Virus record (IMG/VR): IMGVR_UViG_3300037067_021960
Span: 7,061-71,060 of that record
Source of the DNA: a virus
Taxonomy: Duplodnaviria > Caudoviricetes
Strand: one strand, 5' to 3'
Length of the DNA stretch: 64,000 nucleotides
Shown here: one piece after another, positions 54,762 through 64,000 of the stretch
How positions within the stretch are numbered: position 1 is the stretch's first letter
Layout of the letters: each line of letters begins with the position of its first letter
The notes under the pieces: model-generated
Databases searched by the model: none
The model's input: only the letters and a program-made list of their open reading frames with translations
What the model was told of the DNA's origin: nothing
Translations under genes and position numbers: made by a program

Positions 54762-56446
54762 CCCACAACCTCGATCGTGATGAGCGCGCCGCTTGTCTCA
54801 GCGACTTCATCGACGTCGATCGCGACGTTCGTCGTCCCTACGCCGGGGGCCGTCGTGCCGATGTGCAGGGTGACGTCCTCGATGCCGTCGACGGACAGGA
54901 TGGCAGCGAGGACCTTGGCGAACACGACGTCGTCGCCTGGCATGAGGCCGACGTGGAACTCGCTTTCGCTGTCGTAGCCACCGATGTACTCGACGATCGC
55001 GTCGCGAATCGCCGCCAGACCGAGGTCGTAGGAGAACGCAGCGTTGACGGTGAGATCGATGTCGGCGTAGATGCTGACACGCGTCGCCTTGTTGAAGCGG
55101 ACTGTGTGCGCTTGGCCGATCGAGTCGCGGACGACGACGGCCGAGCTGCCGACGAGCTCGCACCCGGCCGGCGCCGCAGCGAACAAGGCCGCGGCGATCT
55201 CGTCGGGATCCCCGCCGTAGGTGGTCACTTCGAGCGAGTGCGGCGGCAGGTCGTCCACCTCGTAATCCATGCGGTTCTGGCGCGTCGAGAGCGAGTGGAC
55301 ATCAGGAATGCGAGCGATCTGCGAGTAGACAGCCTCCTCGGTGGCGTTCCCGAACGAGGCGGCCGCGTTGCGGTAGCGGGTACGCAGCGCGACGTCCGTC
55401 TCGCCGTCCGCGCCGCCCGAGGTCGCCCCAGGGAGCCGTGTCGTGATCGCGAGGACCATGTCCTTCGTCGCGTCGGGCACGCTGTTGACGACAAGGTCGC
55501 CCTGCTGGTACGAGCCGCTGGTGTCGTACACCACACCGAGGTCACCGTCGCTGCCGTCCTCGACGACGACGGCCACGCGAATGTACTCGCCGATCGCGTT
55601 GTGCACGTCGATGCCCTGGTAGGTGAACGCGAGCGTCGTCTCCTCATCCGCGTCGAGCGTGAATGTCTGCGTCTCGGTCCGGCCGAGCAGCTCGCCGGAC
55701 AGATGGTCGACAACACGCAGGTGCACGCGGAAGGTCCGCGTATCCGGAACGCCTTCGACGTCGTTACGGACGAGGATCTCGAGGTCATCGAGGGTGTGCG
55801 GGTGACGGAGCGACGCGATCTTGACGATCTGGTAGTCGTCCGCTTCGCCGTCGTTGGCCACAGTGATCGTCCCGTCGTCACGGCTGCCAAGGATGATCTT
55901 CGTCCCGGGGTCGGCTTCGTTCTCGACCGAGTCGACGCCGGACGGCACGGTGACCATGGTCGTGATCGTCCCCGCAGCAACGTTGCCAGCCGGGCCGGCT
56001 TCCTCGGCGCGGATCAGAACGTCGGCGCGGCCGCTCGCCGCGATCTGAGCCACTTCCGTGGTCTCGAACACCTCGCCGTTGTCGGCCTGGATGCGCATCC
56101 CCGCAGCGACGACGGTCCCGCTCTGACCGCGGAGCGTCGCGATGCCCTCGGCATGCGCAGCCGGAGTGCGGGTGAACGCGAGCTCGCCGACGATGAGCGA
56201 TAGCTGCTCGTCTGACGCCGTTGCGAGGAACCCTGACTTGTAGAGGACCTCGAGCGCCTGCCAGCGGAGGTCCTCCGCGTCCGCGAGCTGGGCGTAGAAC
56301 CGTCCGAGCGGCGACGCGGCGCCGAGGTCGGCGTGTGGACCAAAGCCGCGCGACTCGTCGAGCGCGCTCACGCGCATCATGTCGAGAATCTCACTCCGCG
56401 ACGGCCGGCGGAACCCGGTTGCCAGAACACCGTATTGGTCAGTCAC
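54758..56446 (-). CDS. Baseplate J/gp47-family protein with an inserted domain
   Basis: ATASDEQLS, GTVVAAG, AEEAGPAGN, GGADGETD.ALR.R. Confidence 0.9.
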   Translation of the reverse strand: MTDQYGVLATGFRRPSRSEILDMMRVSALDESRGFGPHADLGAASPLGRFYAQLADAEDLRWQALEVLYKSGFLATASDEQLSLIVGELAFTRTPAAHAEGIATLRGQSGTVVAAGMRIQADNGEVFETTEVAQIAASGRADVLIRAEEAGPAGNVAAGTITTMVTVPSGVDSVENEADPGTKIILGSRDDGTITVANDGEADDYQIVKIASLRHPHTLDDLEILVRNDVEGVPDTRTFRVHLRVVDHLSGELLGRTETQTFTLDADEETTLAFTYQGIDVHNAIGEYIRVAVVVEDGSDGDLGVVYDTSGSYQQGDLVVNSVPDATKDMVLAITTRLPGATSGGADGETDVALRTRYRNAAASFGNATEEAVYSQIARIPDVHSLSTRQNRMDYEVDDLPPHSLEVTTYGGDPDEIAAALFAAAPAGCELVGSSAVVVRDSIGQAHTVRFNKATRVSIYADIDLTVNAAFSYDLGLAAIRDAIVEYIGGYDSESEFHVGLMPGDDVVFAKVLAAILSVDGIEDVTLHIGTTAPGVGTTNVAIDVDEVAETSGALITIEVVG

Positions 56447-56841
56447 AATTCCACCTTCACCTTCGATCCGTCACGGCAGATCACATAGGCTGTCACGGCC
56501 ACACTGCGGCGTTGCTCGTCGACCGTGACGTCGAGCGATTCGACTTGGCGGACGCGTGGCTCCATCTGGAGCTGCCGCAGAACGAGCCACAAGACGTACT
56601 CGCGGCTCCCGGGACGCATGCCGCGCAGCTGCAGCCACGGCAGGCCGCACGTCGGCTCCTCCCACGCCTCACCGACGACCATGAGCAGTCGCAGGGTGAG
56701 CGCCTGAGCGAGTTCGGCGGAGCCTTCGACGAGCTGTGGAGCGCCGTCGTCGCCGAGGTCGAGGTCGAACACCGGCCCAAGGACGCCGACGGTGGTCACT
56801 CGCTTCAGCTTGAAGCTCGTCGTGGGATAGCTCGTAGGCAT
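56443..56841 (-). CDS. Baseplate wedge/sheath initiator (gp25/gp46-like)
   Basis: FDLDL...LAQAL.LRL...GE.W....GLPW. Confidence 0.8.
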   Translation of the reverse strand: MPTSYPTTSFKLKRVTTVGVLGPVFDLDLGDDGAPQLVEGSAELAQALTLRLLMVVGEAWEEPTCGLPWLQLRGMRPGSREYVLWLVLRQLQMEPRVRQVESLDVTVDEQRRSVAVTAYVICRDGSKVKVEL

Positions 56842-56857
56842 CGTCGACCTCGCTTGG

Positions 56858-57559
56858 CTACTCGCCGACCTTGACCGTCTGGCTTGGCTCCGGCAACGCC
56901 ACAAGCGGCGGGCTCGTTGGATTTCCGCACGCCGGACAGGTGTGGCGGTGCTCGTCGTACGCCGTCTTCGTCCGCACACCCAACAGGATTCCCTCGACAG
57001 CAACGTCGTTTGGCGTGGCGCCCAGCGCACCGGGCCCGAGGTGGATCGTCTGCCCAGGCTCGACTTGGATGACAATCTTCTTGTCAGGCAGGAGCCGGAT
57101 GGCCGTGGCCTCGCTGTCACGGCAGTAGAGGATCAGCTCGTCGGTCCACACGCTGGGGAGTGGCCGCGACTCGCCCTCCTTGTCCGTCATCCGCCCGTGG
57201 ATGACGATCGCGTCGGTCAGGTGGTGTTTGCGCTTGAAGAACGGCTTCCGCGGGTCGAGGTCGCGCAGGATCCGCTCTTTCGACCGCTCGTAGAAGCCAA
57301 GCGTCACTGCATCGCCCTCGGCGTACGGCGGACGGATGACGAACGCATCGGTGATGAGGATGTCAACGGGGGTCGCTTCAATCGGCAGGTACTCAAGCTC
57401 TGTCTCATCCGGTCCGACCACCTTCTTCAGCACCGGGACGACGACGGCGCGCAGGGTAGTCGCGTCAAAGCTCACGACCTTGCCCGGGAGGAAGGTATGG
57501 ACTTGCTCGAGGCGTGCTTCGAGCATCTGCCGCACGACCGACGCGATGTTCTCGTTCAC
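56858..57559 (-). CDS. Baseplate spike (gp138-like N-terminus)
   Basis: HTFLPGKVVSFD, GDAVTLGF.ER, HHLTDA; C-terminal HRHTCPAC metal site. Confidence 0.85.
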   Translation of the reverse strand: MNENIASVVRQMLEARLEQVHTFLPGKVVSFDATTLRAVVVPVLKKVVGPDETELEYLPIEATPVDILITDAFVIRPPYAEGDAVTLGFYERSKERILRDLDPRKPFFKRKHHLTDAIVIHGRMTDKEGESRPLPSVWTDELILYCRDSEATAIRLLPDKKIVIQVEPGQTIHLGPGALGATPNDVAVEGILLGVRTKTAYDEHRHTCPACGNPTSPPLVALPEPSQTVKVGE

Positions 57560-57577
57560 GGATCTCTCCCTTGGCCT

Positions 57578-58489
57578 TCAGCTCGCCTTGGCGGCACGGA
57601 CGGTGGTCAGGAATCGCTGCCCGTCACAGCGATGGTTGCCGAGCACGGCACGCCATTGCCCGGTGACGTCCTCCGAGTCGACCTCGAAGATCACGTCGGA
57701 GTAGAGCTTCGGCGTGAGCAGGGCACGGATCTCGTACACCATCGGTGTATCTGCTTCGTTGAACGTGACCCCGTACTGAAAGTCGCTCGGCAGCGACATC
57801 GCCGGCTTCGCCGCGAGGAGCCCGTTCTCGCCGGAGAGGACGACGTCACTCGGGATCCCTTGGTCCGGAGCGAGCACGTAGGCAGCTCGTCGGCTGATGT
57901 GGATCTTCGAGCGCATGTCGCGAACCACCATCTCGACCTCAGGCCGCACCGGGCCACACACGGTGAGGCCCTTGTCGTACGTCGGATCCTCGGCTGGCTC
58001 CATCATCTCGATCGGGATCTCCGCGGCGTCCAAGAGGTCACGGCAGATGACGCTTGCAAGGGTCCCCGCGCCGTAGCGCTTGCTCGCCACCGCAGCCGCC
58101 CACAGCTCGGAGCCGTCGCCGACGTAGACGGTCAGCGTCCGCGTGACCTTGCTCAACTCCTCGACGATGATCTCCTGAATCGTGCCCTCGAGGACGAGCT
58201 CCTTGTGTTTGTCGAACGGCTCGTACCCCGCTTCGAGCTTCAGGAGCTCGCCGCGCACGAACAGAGCCACGTTCTCCTTGCGCACGTTCATGATCTGGAT
58301 TTTCCCGATGTTCACATCGGCCGAGGTGTCGAACGGAATATCGAAGCGGATGTCGTACTTGGCGTTCCCCGAGTCGATGCCGCGGTCGGGCTGCTGTGCT
58401 TCCTGCGAGAAGAACTCGACGCCCTGGACGATGACCTTGGAGCGCCAGCCCCCGCCTTCGAGCTTGAACTCCTCGCGTCGTTTAGCCAA
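57578..58489 (-). CDS. Baseplate hub (gpD-like)
   Basis: IQIMNV, LEAGY, GDGS, LLTPKL. Confidence 0.82.
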   Translation of the reverse strand: MAKRREEFKLEGGGWRSKVIVQGVEFFSQEAQQPDRGIDSGNAKYDIRFDIPFDTSADVNIGKIQIMNVRKENVALFVRGELLKLEAGYEPFDKHKELVLEGTIQEIIVEELSKVTRTLTVYVGDGSELWAAAVASKRYGAGTLASVICRDLLDAAEIPIEMMEPAEDPTYDKGLTVCGPVRPEVEMVVRDMRSKIHISRRAAYVLAPDQGIPSDVVLSGENGLLAAKPAMSLPSDFQYGVTFNEADTPMVYEIRALLTPKLYSDVIFEVDSEDVTGQWRAVLGNHRCDGQRFLTTVRAAKAS

Positions 58490-59453
58490 CGGCGGCCTCC
58501 GAGAGAACGATGAGGCCGACGGTGCGCCCGAGCGTCTCCGGGGTCACGTCCTCGACCATGCCGATCGCACCGATGTGCAGGCCCGCACACGCCGGGTCGA
58601 CGACACCGGCAAGGAGGTCCTCGCCGTACTCGATCGGCCGCTCGCGGACGAACCACACCCCGCGCCGCCCGAAGGAGAACGTGCAGAACTGACCCGCCTC
58701 GTTCGTCCGCAGCTCGACGTCGTAGAGTAGGCCGTTGATGCGCACCGAGTACGACTGCCGCGGCACACTGCCGGTCGCAATAGATAGGGCCCCAACAATC
58801 GCGATCCCCATGCCTATCAGCATTCCAATGGGTCCACCTAGGATCATGCCAACTGCTCCGCCCACCAGCCCTGCGCCGATTGCTGTCCATGCCTGGCCTG
58901 CTAGATACTCTGACATTTCCTGCTCGCCGTAGGAGTACGCGTCGTCCGGCGAGGTGTAGGCATTGCCGCTCTCGTCGGTGTAGACAACGCTCTGGAACTT
59001 GATCCGCGCGCCGATGATGTTCGTCGCCCCGCCACGCGTTGTCGTCCCCTTCACCGCCTCGTACTCGGCCATGGCGAGGAAGTACGTCGGGATCCCAGGC
59101 TGGATGTTCATCCCGTTCGCCGTCTGGTTCGCAAATAGGAACGACTGGTACGAGAACGTGGTCTTGCGGTTGACGAACTCGCACAGCTTCTGGTGTTGAA
59201 TCAGCTCGTACCCCGCGCCGCCGAGCGACCCGAACGCGACGCCGGGGTCCCCGGTGAGGTCAACGGTGATGTCGATCTCGAGCGGGTTGAAGTGGATGTT
59301 GTCAGCGATCTCCTTCGACGGGGTCGACCCGCGGGTGTCGATCGGCTCGCTCGTGATCTCGTTCGTGAACCGCAGTCGCTCGCTGTTGACGGCCCAGACG
59401 AGGATGTAGTCGCCGCTCTGTTCGTCGGTGATGATCGCGTTGTATTGGGGCAT
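58482..59453 (-). CDS. Dit-like tail protein fused through a Gly-zipper TM segment to a baseplate-plug-like domain
   Basis: EITSEP...IADNI..NP.EI N-terminus; GAGLVGGAVGMILGGPIG; RINGLLYDVELR.NE C-terminus. Confidence 0.7.
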   Translation of the reverse strand: MPQYNAIITDEQSGDYILVWAVNSERLRFTNEITSEPIDTRGSTPSKEIADNIHFNPLEIDITVDLTGDPGVAFGSLGGAGYELIQHQKLCEFVNRKTTFSYQSFLFANQTANGMNIQPGIPTYFLAMAEYEAVKGTTTRGGATNIIGARIKFQSVVYTDESGNAYTSPDDAYSYGEQEMSEYLAGQAWTAIGAGLVGGAVGMILGGPIGMLIGMGIAIVGALSIATGSVPRQSYSVRINGLLYDVELRTNEAGQFCTFSFGRRGVWFVRERPIEYGEDLLAGVVDPACAGLHIGAIGMVEDVTPETLGRTVGLIVLSEAAVG

Positions 59454-59454
59454 G

Positions 59455-61725
59455 CTAGTACTCCTGCGCCTCGCGTGACGTCATTCCCGCCCGTAGGCCG
59501 CGTGCCATCGCCCGGGTGGAGATCTCCTCGCTCTTCGCGATCTCGGACGCCGCGGCCTTGCCGGCCGTCTCGCCGTCGCGATAGCCCTGGACGTTCAGGT
59601 TCTGAATCTGCACGCCGCCACCGTTGTAGCTCGTACCCCCCGCGCCGGCAGGCGCGTAGGCGAACTGGCCCTGCGCCGCGGTGCGGCCCTCCTTGTAGTC
59701 TTCGCCACCCGTCAAGCCGACGAGGATGTCGAGAATCGACGTGACACCGACAAGCAGGAAGTCGAACTTGTGGAGCACGTTCGAAGTCAGAGTTCCGAGT
59801 CGGCTCGACATCGGCTCCAGCCACTCCTCGAGCTCCGAGGTGATCGGTTCGGTGACCGCGGAGAGGAGCGTCGACTCGAGTGCGCCCAGCCCCTGCGACA
59901 GGAACGATGTGAGCGGGTCCTCTTCGCTTGCGGTGTCACCGGCGAGATCGGACGTGTTCTCCTCAGTGTCCTCCGACACACCAAGCAACCGCCGGATGTA
60001 GTCAACGCCCTGGGTCCAGAGCGCACCGAGGCGGCCCCAGAAGGTCAGCTTTGGTTCTTCGGTAACCGTAGGTGCGTTCTCCTCGGGCAAGCGCAGAGGT
60101 CCCACTGGAGGCTTCTCAGGCAGACCGGGCAAGTAGGGCGACGTGGCGCCTGCGTTGACACGGTTGACCAACGCCTCGGCCCATGCATTCGTCGCCGGTT
60201 GCGCGTCACGAAATGTACGCCCTGGGTCGTAGCCTTCTCCACCTGACATGTCGTAACCGTGGGGGAAAAGACGCACGTACGGACCGATGAGTTGGTCGGC
60301 GCCCTTGGCAAGAGCCTTGGGCAGCCCGAACAACCACCCCTCGGCCGCAGTCTTCACAACTGTCCACAGACCTTTGGCCAGTCCGCTCAGGACGGCGGGG
60401 ACTGCTGCATCGACGACTTCCGCCATGATTCCGACCAGTTCCGGCGTCCAGTCGCGGATCATCTGCCCGAGCATCTCGAGGCCTGTCTCCATTGCCGGAG
60501 CGAGCACGTTCTTGAAAACGGACGTCATCTTCTCGCCCCACGTGTCGCCACCGCGCTCCCACTCGCGAGTGATCCGGTCGATGAACGGCTTCATCTTGGT
60601 GTCGAGGAAGCGAATGAAGTCTGGAGCGACGGTGCGCATGAGGGCGTTGGTCATCGTGAGCACGGAGTTCTTGATCCGCTTCATGCTGCCAGAGACCGTG
60701 TCCTCGAGCAGTCCGCCCGCCCGCTCGGTGAACCCAACCGCGTTCTCGAGTGACTCGACGTACTCGTCGAACACGGTGGCGGCGCCCTGCGCGATCGCGA
60801 GCATCGTCTGCCCGGCACGCTGGCCGAACAGGATGTTCATGTGCCCGATCTCAGCGCCGGCTTCGCTCAGCCGACCGAGGAACCGCACGAGGTCGAGCTC
60901 ACCGGAGGCGATCTTCTTGGTCAACGCGTCGGTGCCGATGCCGAGTGTCTTGAGGATCGTTTTCTGGACGGCCGTATACTGGCCGAGGCCGAACTCGGAG
61001 AACGCCGCCGCGCCGGAGCGGAGGGCCGTACCAGCCATCGATCCCTCAATCTTGAATTGCGACAGCATCGACATCAGGGCGACGGCCTCTTCGAGCGAGT
61101 ACCCCATCTCACTCGCCGTGTAGCCGACCATCTTCAGCCCTTCAGCCAGACCGGGCATGTCGGTGAGCGCGATGTTCGCGCCCTTGGCGAGGACGTCGGC
61201 GGCGCGTGTCGCCTGGTCCGCACCAAGCTTGAACATGGCGAGAGCCGAAACAACGATCTCGCTCGCCGTCGCCAGGTCGAGCTCCTCGACGATCGCAGCG
61301 TTCAGCACGCCGGGGGTCGCCGCGACGATGGCGTTCACGTCGTAGCCGGCCTTGGCGAGTTGCAGCATCCCCTCGGCCGCCTCCGTCGCGCTGTAGATCG
61401 TGTCCTGACCAAGGTGAATCGCGAGGTCCTCGAGCAGCTGCATGTCTTCGGCTGTGCCGCCAAGAGCGATGCGTGTACGCACGAGGGCCGTCTCGAGCTT
61501 GGCGTATGGGAGAACGACAGCGGCGCCAATCGCGGCCGCGGCCGCCGTGATGAGAAGCTTGTGGTGCATGAACCAGCTGCCGAAGTCCCTGAGCTTGCTC
61601 GTGATCTTGCCGAGGCCGGACGAAACGCGATCGCCGATCTTGTCGAGCTTGTTGAGGTCGGCGGCCACGGCGTTGATGCCACGGCTGTCGACGATCACGG
61701 ACATGCGGCGGGCTTCGGTGCTCAC
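59455..61725 (-). CDS. Tape measure protein (TP901 family)
   Basis: LGQDTIYSATEAAEG..LAKAG, ADVLA, GSMAGTALR. Confidence 0.92.
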   Translation of the reverse strand: MSTEARRMSVIVDSRGINAVAADLNKLDKIGDRVSSGLGKITSKLRDFGSWFMHHKLLITAAAAAIGAAVVLPYAKLETALVRTRIALGGTAEDMQLLEDLAIHLGQDTIYSATEAAEGMLQLAKAGYDVNAIVAATPGVLNAAIVEELDLATASEIVVSALAMFKLGADQATRAADVLAKGANIALTDMPGLAEGLKMVGYTASEMGYSLEEAVALMSMLSQFKIEGSMAGTALRSGAAAFSEFGLGQYTAVQKTILKTLGIGTDALTKKIASGELDLVRFLGRLSEAGAEIGHMNILFGQRAGQTMLAIAQGAATVFDEYVESLENAVGFTERAGGLLEDTVSGSMKRIKNSVLTMTNALMRTVAPDFIRFLDTKMKPFIDRITREWERGGDTWGEKMTSVFKNVLAPAMETGLEMLGQMIRDWTPELVGIMAEVVDAAVPAVLSGLAKGLWTVVKTAAEGWLFGLPKALAKGADQLIGPYVRLFPHGYDMSGGEGYDPGRTFRDAQPATNAWAEALVNRVNAGATSPYLPGLPEKPPVGPLRLPEENAPTVTEEPKLTFWGRLGALWTQGVDYIRRLLGVSEDTEENTSDLAGDTASEEDPLTSFLSQGLGALESTLLSAVTEPITSELEEWLEPMSSRLGTLTSNVLHKFDFLLVGVTSILDILVGLTGGEDYKEGRTAAQGQFAYAPAGAGGTSYNGGGVQIQNLNVQGYRDGETAGKAAASEIAKSEEISTRAMARGLRAGMTSREAQEY

Positions 61726-62075
61726 GGCTCCGGCTCCTCTTCGGCGTCAGCCTCGGCTTCTAGTTGGTCGAGCAGTTGCTGGCGGCGGTCTTCGATGTAA
61801 CCGACGGAGTCGAACTTCTCCGGCTTCTTGCTGCGTCTGCGGCCACGCCGGCCACGCTCTCGGTCATCTGCGTGGCGTTCGTTCCAGGCACGACGAGCTG
61901 ACTGCAGGCGGTCCCACTCGTCGTAGGCGAGGTTCGCTTCCTGAACCTCGGCCTCGGTGAGTCCGGAATGACGCCGCCCCCACACGTCGGAGATCGTCGC
62001 GTAGCCCGCAAAGATCAGGCTCCACCAGTGGAGCCACCCCAGCGCGCGGAGGCGGAGGACGGTCTCGTTCCGCAC
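61722..62075 (-). CDS. Tail assembly chaperone (second ORF)
   Basis: Between the chaperone and the tape measure; EANLAYDEW. Confidence 0.65.
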   Translation of the reverse strand: MRNETVLRLRALGWLHWWSLIFAGYATISDVWGRRHSGLTEAEVQEANLAYDEWDRLQSARRAWNERHADDRERGRRGRRRSKKPEKFDSVGYIEDRRQQLLDQLEAEADAEEEPEP

Positions 62076-62112
62076 GATGCCCGTCGGAACGAGGATGTCG
62101 CCTTGGGCGAGG

Positions 62113-62457
62113 CTAGTACCCGAGAAACGACGTCAACGCCTCTTCCATCGCGTTGCACGCCGGGGCCAGCTCCTTCGACGGGTCGAACCGCGTGCCCTTG
62201 ATCGCGGTGGTCGTCGGCACGCCGTCCTTGTCCAACTCGGCCTTCCCAAGCACGATCGTCACGCACAGAAGCTCGAGGTACCGTGCCGAATCGAGGCGGT
62301 TCGTCCGCGGATTGCGGCACTTCGCCTCCATCCGCTTGAGCTCGGTCCCCGTCACTTGCTGGAACACCCACGGCGTTCCGCGCACCGTGACAACCTGAAT
62401 CGGGCTGTCGTCCGCCTGTCCCGCCTCGAAGGCGTCGTCCTTCGTCGTCTCACTCAT
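62113..62457 (-). CDS. Tail assembly chaperone
   Basis: Directly after the tail tube. Confidence 0.7.
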   Translation of the reverse strand: MSETTKDDAFEAGQADDSPIQVVTVRGTPWVFQQVTGTELKRMEAKCRNPRTNRLDSARYLELLCVTIVLGKAELDKDGVPTTTAIKGTRFDPSKELAPACNAMEEALTSFLGY

Positions 62458-62488
62458 GTCCCCCTCCGTTGCGCCTCACAGCGTCTCA

Positions 62489-62911
62489 CTAGATGATCGA
62501 GTCGTCGTCGTCGTTCGGATCTCCCGCTCCGCCCATGTCGAGATCGGTGGTGATGAACAGCCACTCCTCTTTGGCGGGGTTCGAACCCTGGCGGTCCATC
62601 GGAGCTACCTGCTCGCAGCGGCACGTGGCCGCGGTCGCCCGGCGGGTCGAGTCACTGCGGTCGATGGCCGACACCGGGAACGTGGAATCACTCCCAGCGA
62701 GGTTCTCCAACCGATTCGACACACCGTTCACGATCGGCATCTCGAGCTTGAACTTCCCGTTCTTGTTCGGGTTCTTCCCGAAGTACCCCGGGCCGTTCCC
62801 CGCGGCATGCGTGGCCCACTTCGGGTTGTCGTAGGCCACGTTGAGCGAGTCCCACATGGGGATGACGATCCCGTTCACGACGAAGTCGGTCTTCTCAGGG
62901 TCAAAGTGCAT
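62489..62911 (-). CDS. Tail tube protein (DUF3277-like)
   Basis: FDPEK..FVVNG; position after the sheath. Confidence 0.85.
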   Translation of the reverse strand: MHFDPEKTDFVVNGIVIPMWDSLNVAYDNPKWATHAAGNGPGYFGKNPNKNGKFKLEMPIVNGVSNRLENLAGSDSTFPVSAIDRSDSTRRATAATCRCEQVAPMDRQGSNPAKEEWLFITTDLDMGGAGDPNDDDDSII

Positions 62912-62928
62912 GCGTCATCCCTCCTGGG

Positions 62929-63999
62929 CTATTCCTCGAGACTCCAGTTCATGTAGATGAGGACCGTGAACGCTTCGAACGCGCCTTGCGGCCAGACGCG
63001 GATCCGGATCGTCTTCAGGTGGCGCGCTGCGAGCGACTGCGGGTCGTTCGCAGCCAACCATTCGAGCGTCGGGATATCAATCTCCCAGCGGCCGGCGCCT
63101 GTTCCGCCACGCTTCTGCAGCACACCCATCTCATCGGCGCGGACGAGGACGCCCTCGATGGCGTGCTGGACCATGTTCAGCCCGCGCTGCGTCTGCGGGA
63201 TCTTGCCGTGCTGCAGCTTGAGCCCGAACAGAGCCTCCTTCATCGTGGCGACGAGCCAGTCCTTGTCGCGCCGCATGTCGGCCGGCGCGCCGCTCGTCGT
63301 CCACCCGCCGCACAGGACGGCCACGCCGGCCTGCTTGACGTAGGGGATCGACGCCGGGTCGGTGTACGGGTTCGCCGGCATCAGCTCGGCCAGCTGCCCT
63401 GCGGTCCACGAGGCGGCAGAGACGCCGTTGAGCGGCTTCGCATCGAGAGTGATCGACCCGATCTCCGAGCCGGCCATGTACCCGGCGGCCGCGGCGCCCG
63501 GGCGCTCCTCGTCCGAGTCGTCGTGCGACACGATGACGACACGGTCCGAGTTGATCTCCTCGCACAGGTCGTTGATCGCCGACGGCGTCATGCCGGGCTT
63601 CGAGGAGGTGAACAGCATCGCCGTCATGGCGCTGACGGTATCGGACATCTCCTCGAGGTCGCCCTCGATCTCCTCGTGCTCGGTCGGGACGACGAAGTAG
63701 AACGGTGACCAGTCGTTCTCTTCCTGCTGTTCCTTGGCCTCGAGGATCGCCGCAGACAGGTCGGTGGGCGACGGTGTCGCGCCACGAGTCACGCTGAACA
63801 CGTAGATCGTGTCCGGGTGAACATCCTGCGACAGGATCTTGGCCACGGTCTTGTACTCCGGCGTGTCGACGGGAAAGTCCACCGCCACGGCGGCGAGGTC
63901 ATCGGCCGTGTACCGTTTGAGCGTGTCCTTGACCGCCTCGGGGTTGACGCTGGTCCCGAGGACGAGCGGGATGTTGAACGGCGCGACGCCCCACGGACG
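62929..63999 (-). CDS. Tail sheath protein (DUF3383-like), partial; frame open to the right edge
   Basis: ITLDAKPLNGV, DWL, KIPQTQRG, PQGA; the frame continues upstream as RPWGVAPFNIPLVLG. Confidence 0.9.
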   Translation of the reverse strand, partial: RPWGVAPFNIPLVLGTSVNPEAVKDTLKRYTADDLAAVAVDFPVDTPEYKTVAKILSQDVHPDTIYVFSVTRGATPSPTDLSAAILEAKEQQEENDWSPFYFVVPTEHEEIEGDLEEMSDTVSAMTAMLFTSSKPGMTPSAINDLCEEINSDRVVIVSHDDSDEERPGAAAAGYMAGSEIGSITLDAKPLNGVSAASWTAGQLAELMPANPYTDPASIPYVKQAGVAVLCGGWTTSGAPADMRRDKDWLVATMKEALFGLKLQHGKIPQTQRGLNMVQHAIEGVLVRADEMGVLQKRGGTGAGRWEIDIPTLEWLAANDPQSLAARHLKTIRIRVWPQGAFEAFTVLIYMNWSLEE

Positions 64000-64000
64000 C

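Larger units (their letters stand above)
1..64000 (-). mobile_element. Tailed phage genome segment (contractile tail), possibly a phage-plasmid
   Basis: Terminase, portal, MuF, sheath, tube, tape measure and baseplate genes are co-oriented; ParA cassette present; no host housekeeping genes; no integrase in the window. Confidence 0.95.

Noticed and set aside
62076-62135. Programmed G/GT-type frameshift between the tail chaperones
   Set aside because: No XXXYYYZ slippery heptamer; the downstream ORF is in the +1 frame and has its own GTG start
54036-63999. Tail block as an extracellular contractile injection system or tailocin
   Set aside because: Terminase, portal and MuF are in the same element, indicating a true phage

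Overview
The window is a ~64 kb, GC-rich slice of a tailed-phage genome with a contractile (myovirus-type) tail. Almost all genes are on the minus strand, and both ends cut through genes. From right to left on the coding strand: tail sheath, tube, chaperones, tape measure, baseplate and fibre genes; membrane, lipoprotein and holin-like genes; SSB, a replication initiator with iterons, and a nuclease; a sigma-like gene and a probable terminase small subunit; an SNF2 helicase and DNA methyltransferases; terminase large subunit and portal, followed directly by a ~9 kb glycan-biosynthesis cluster and the MuF-like head gene; a plus-strand ParA/partner cassette; and an early region (DUF5131, RtcB, a second SNF2, an SMC-like ATPase). 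No integrase, major capsid gene, clear endolysin, tRNA, rRNA or CRISPR array was recognised. The best candidate for a new system is the portal-linked glycosylation cluster (glycosyltransferases plus pyruvyl-, acetyl- and methyl-transferases and an epimerase), inferred to glycosylate the virion. Other strong signals are a dual-frame C5 methyltransferase broken in both frames by one homopolymer base, four UGAGC-loop hairpins in the rep leader, a three-promoter palindromic operator regulon, and a split sigma factor whose region-4-like half is fused to an eroded PAPS-reductase-like domain. All family calls come from motif recognition by eye; no database searches were run.
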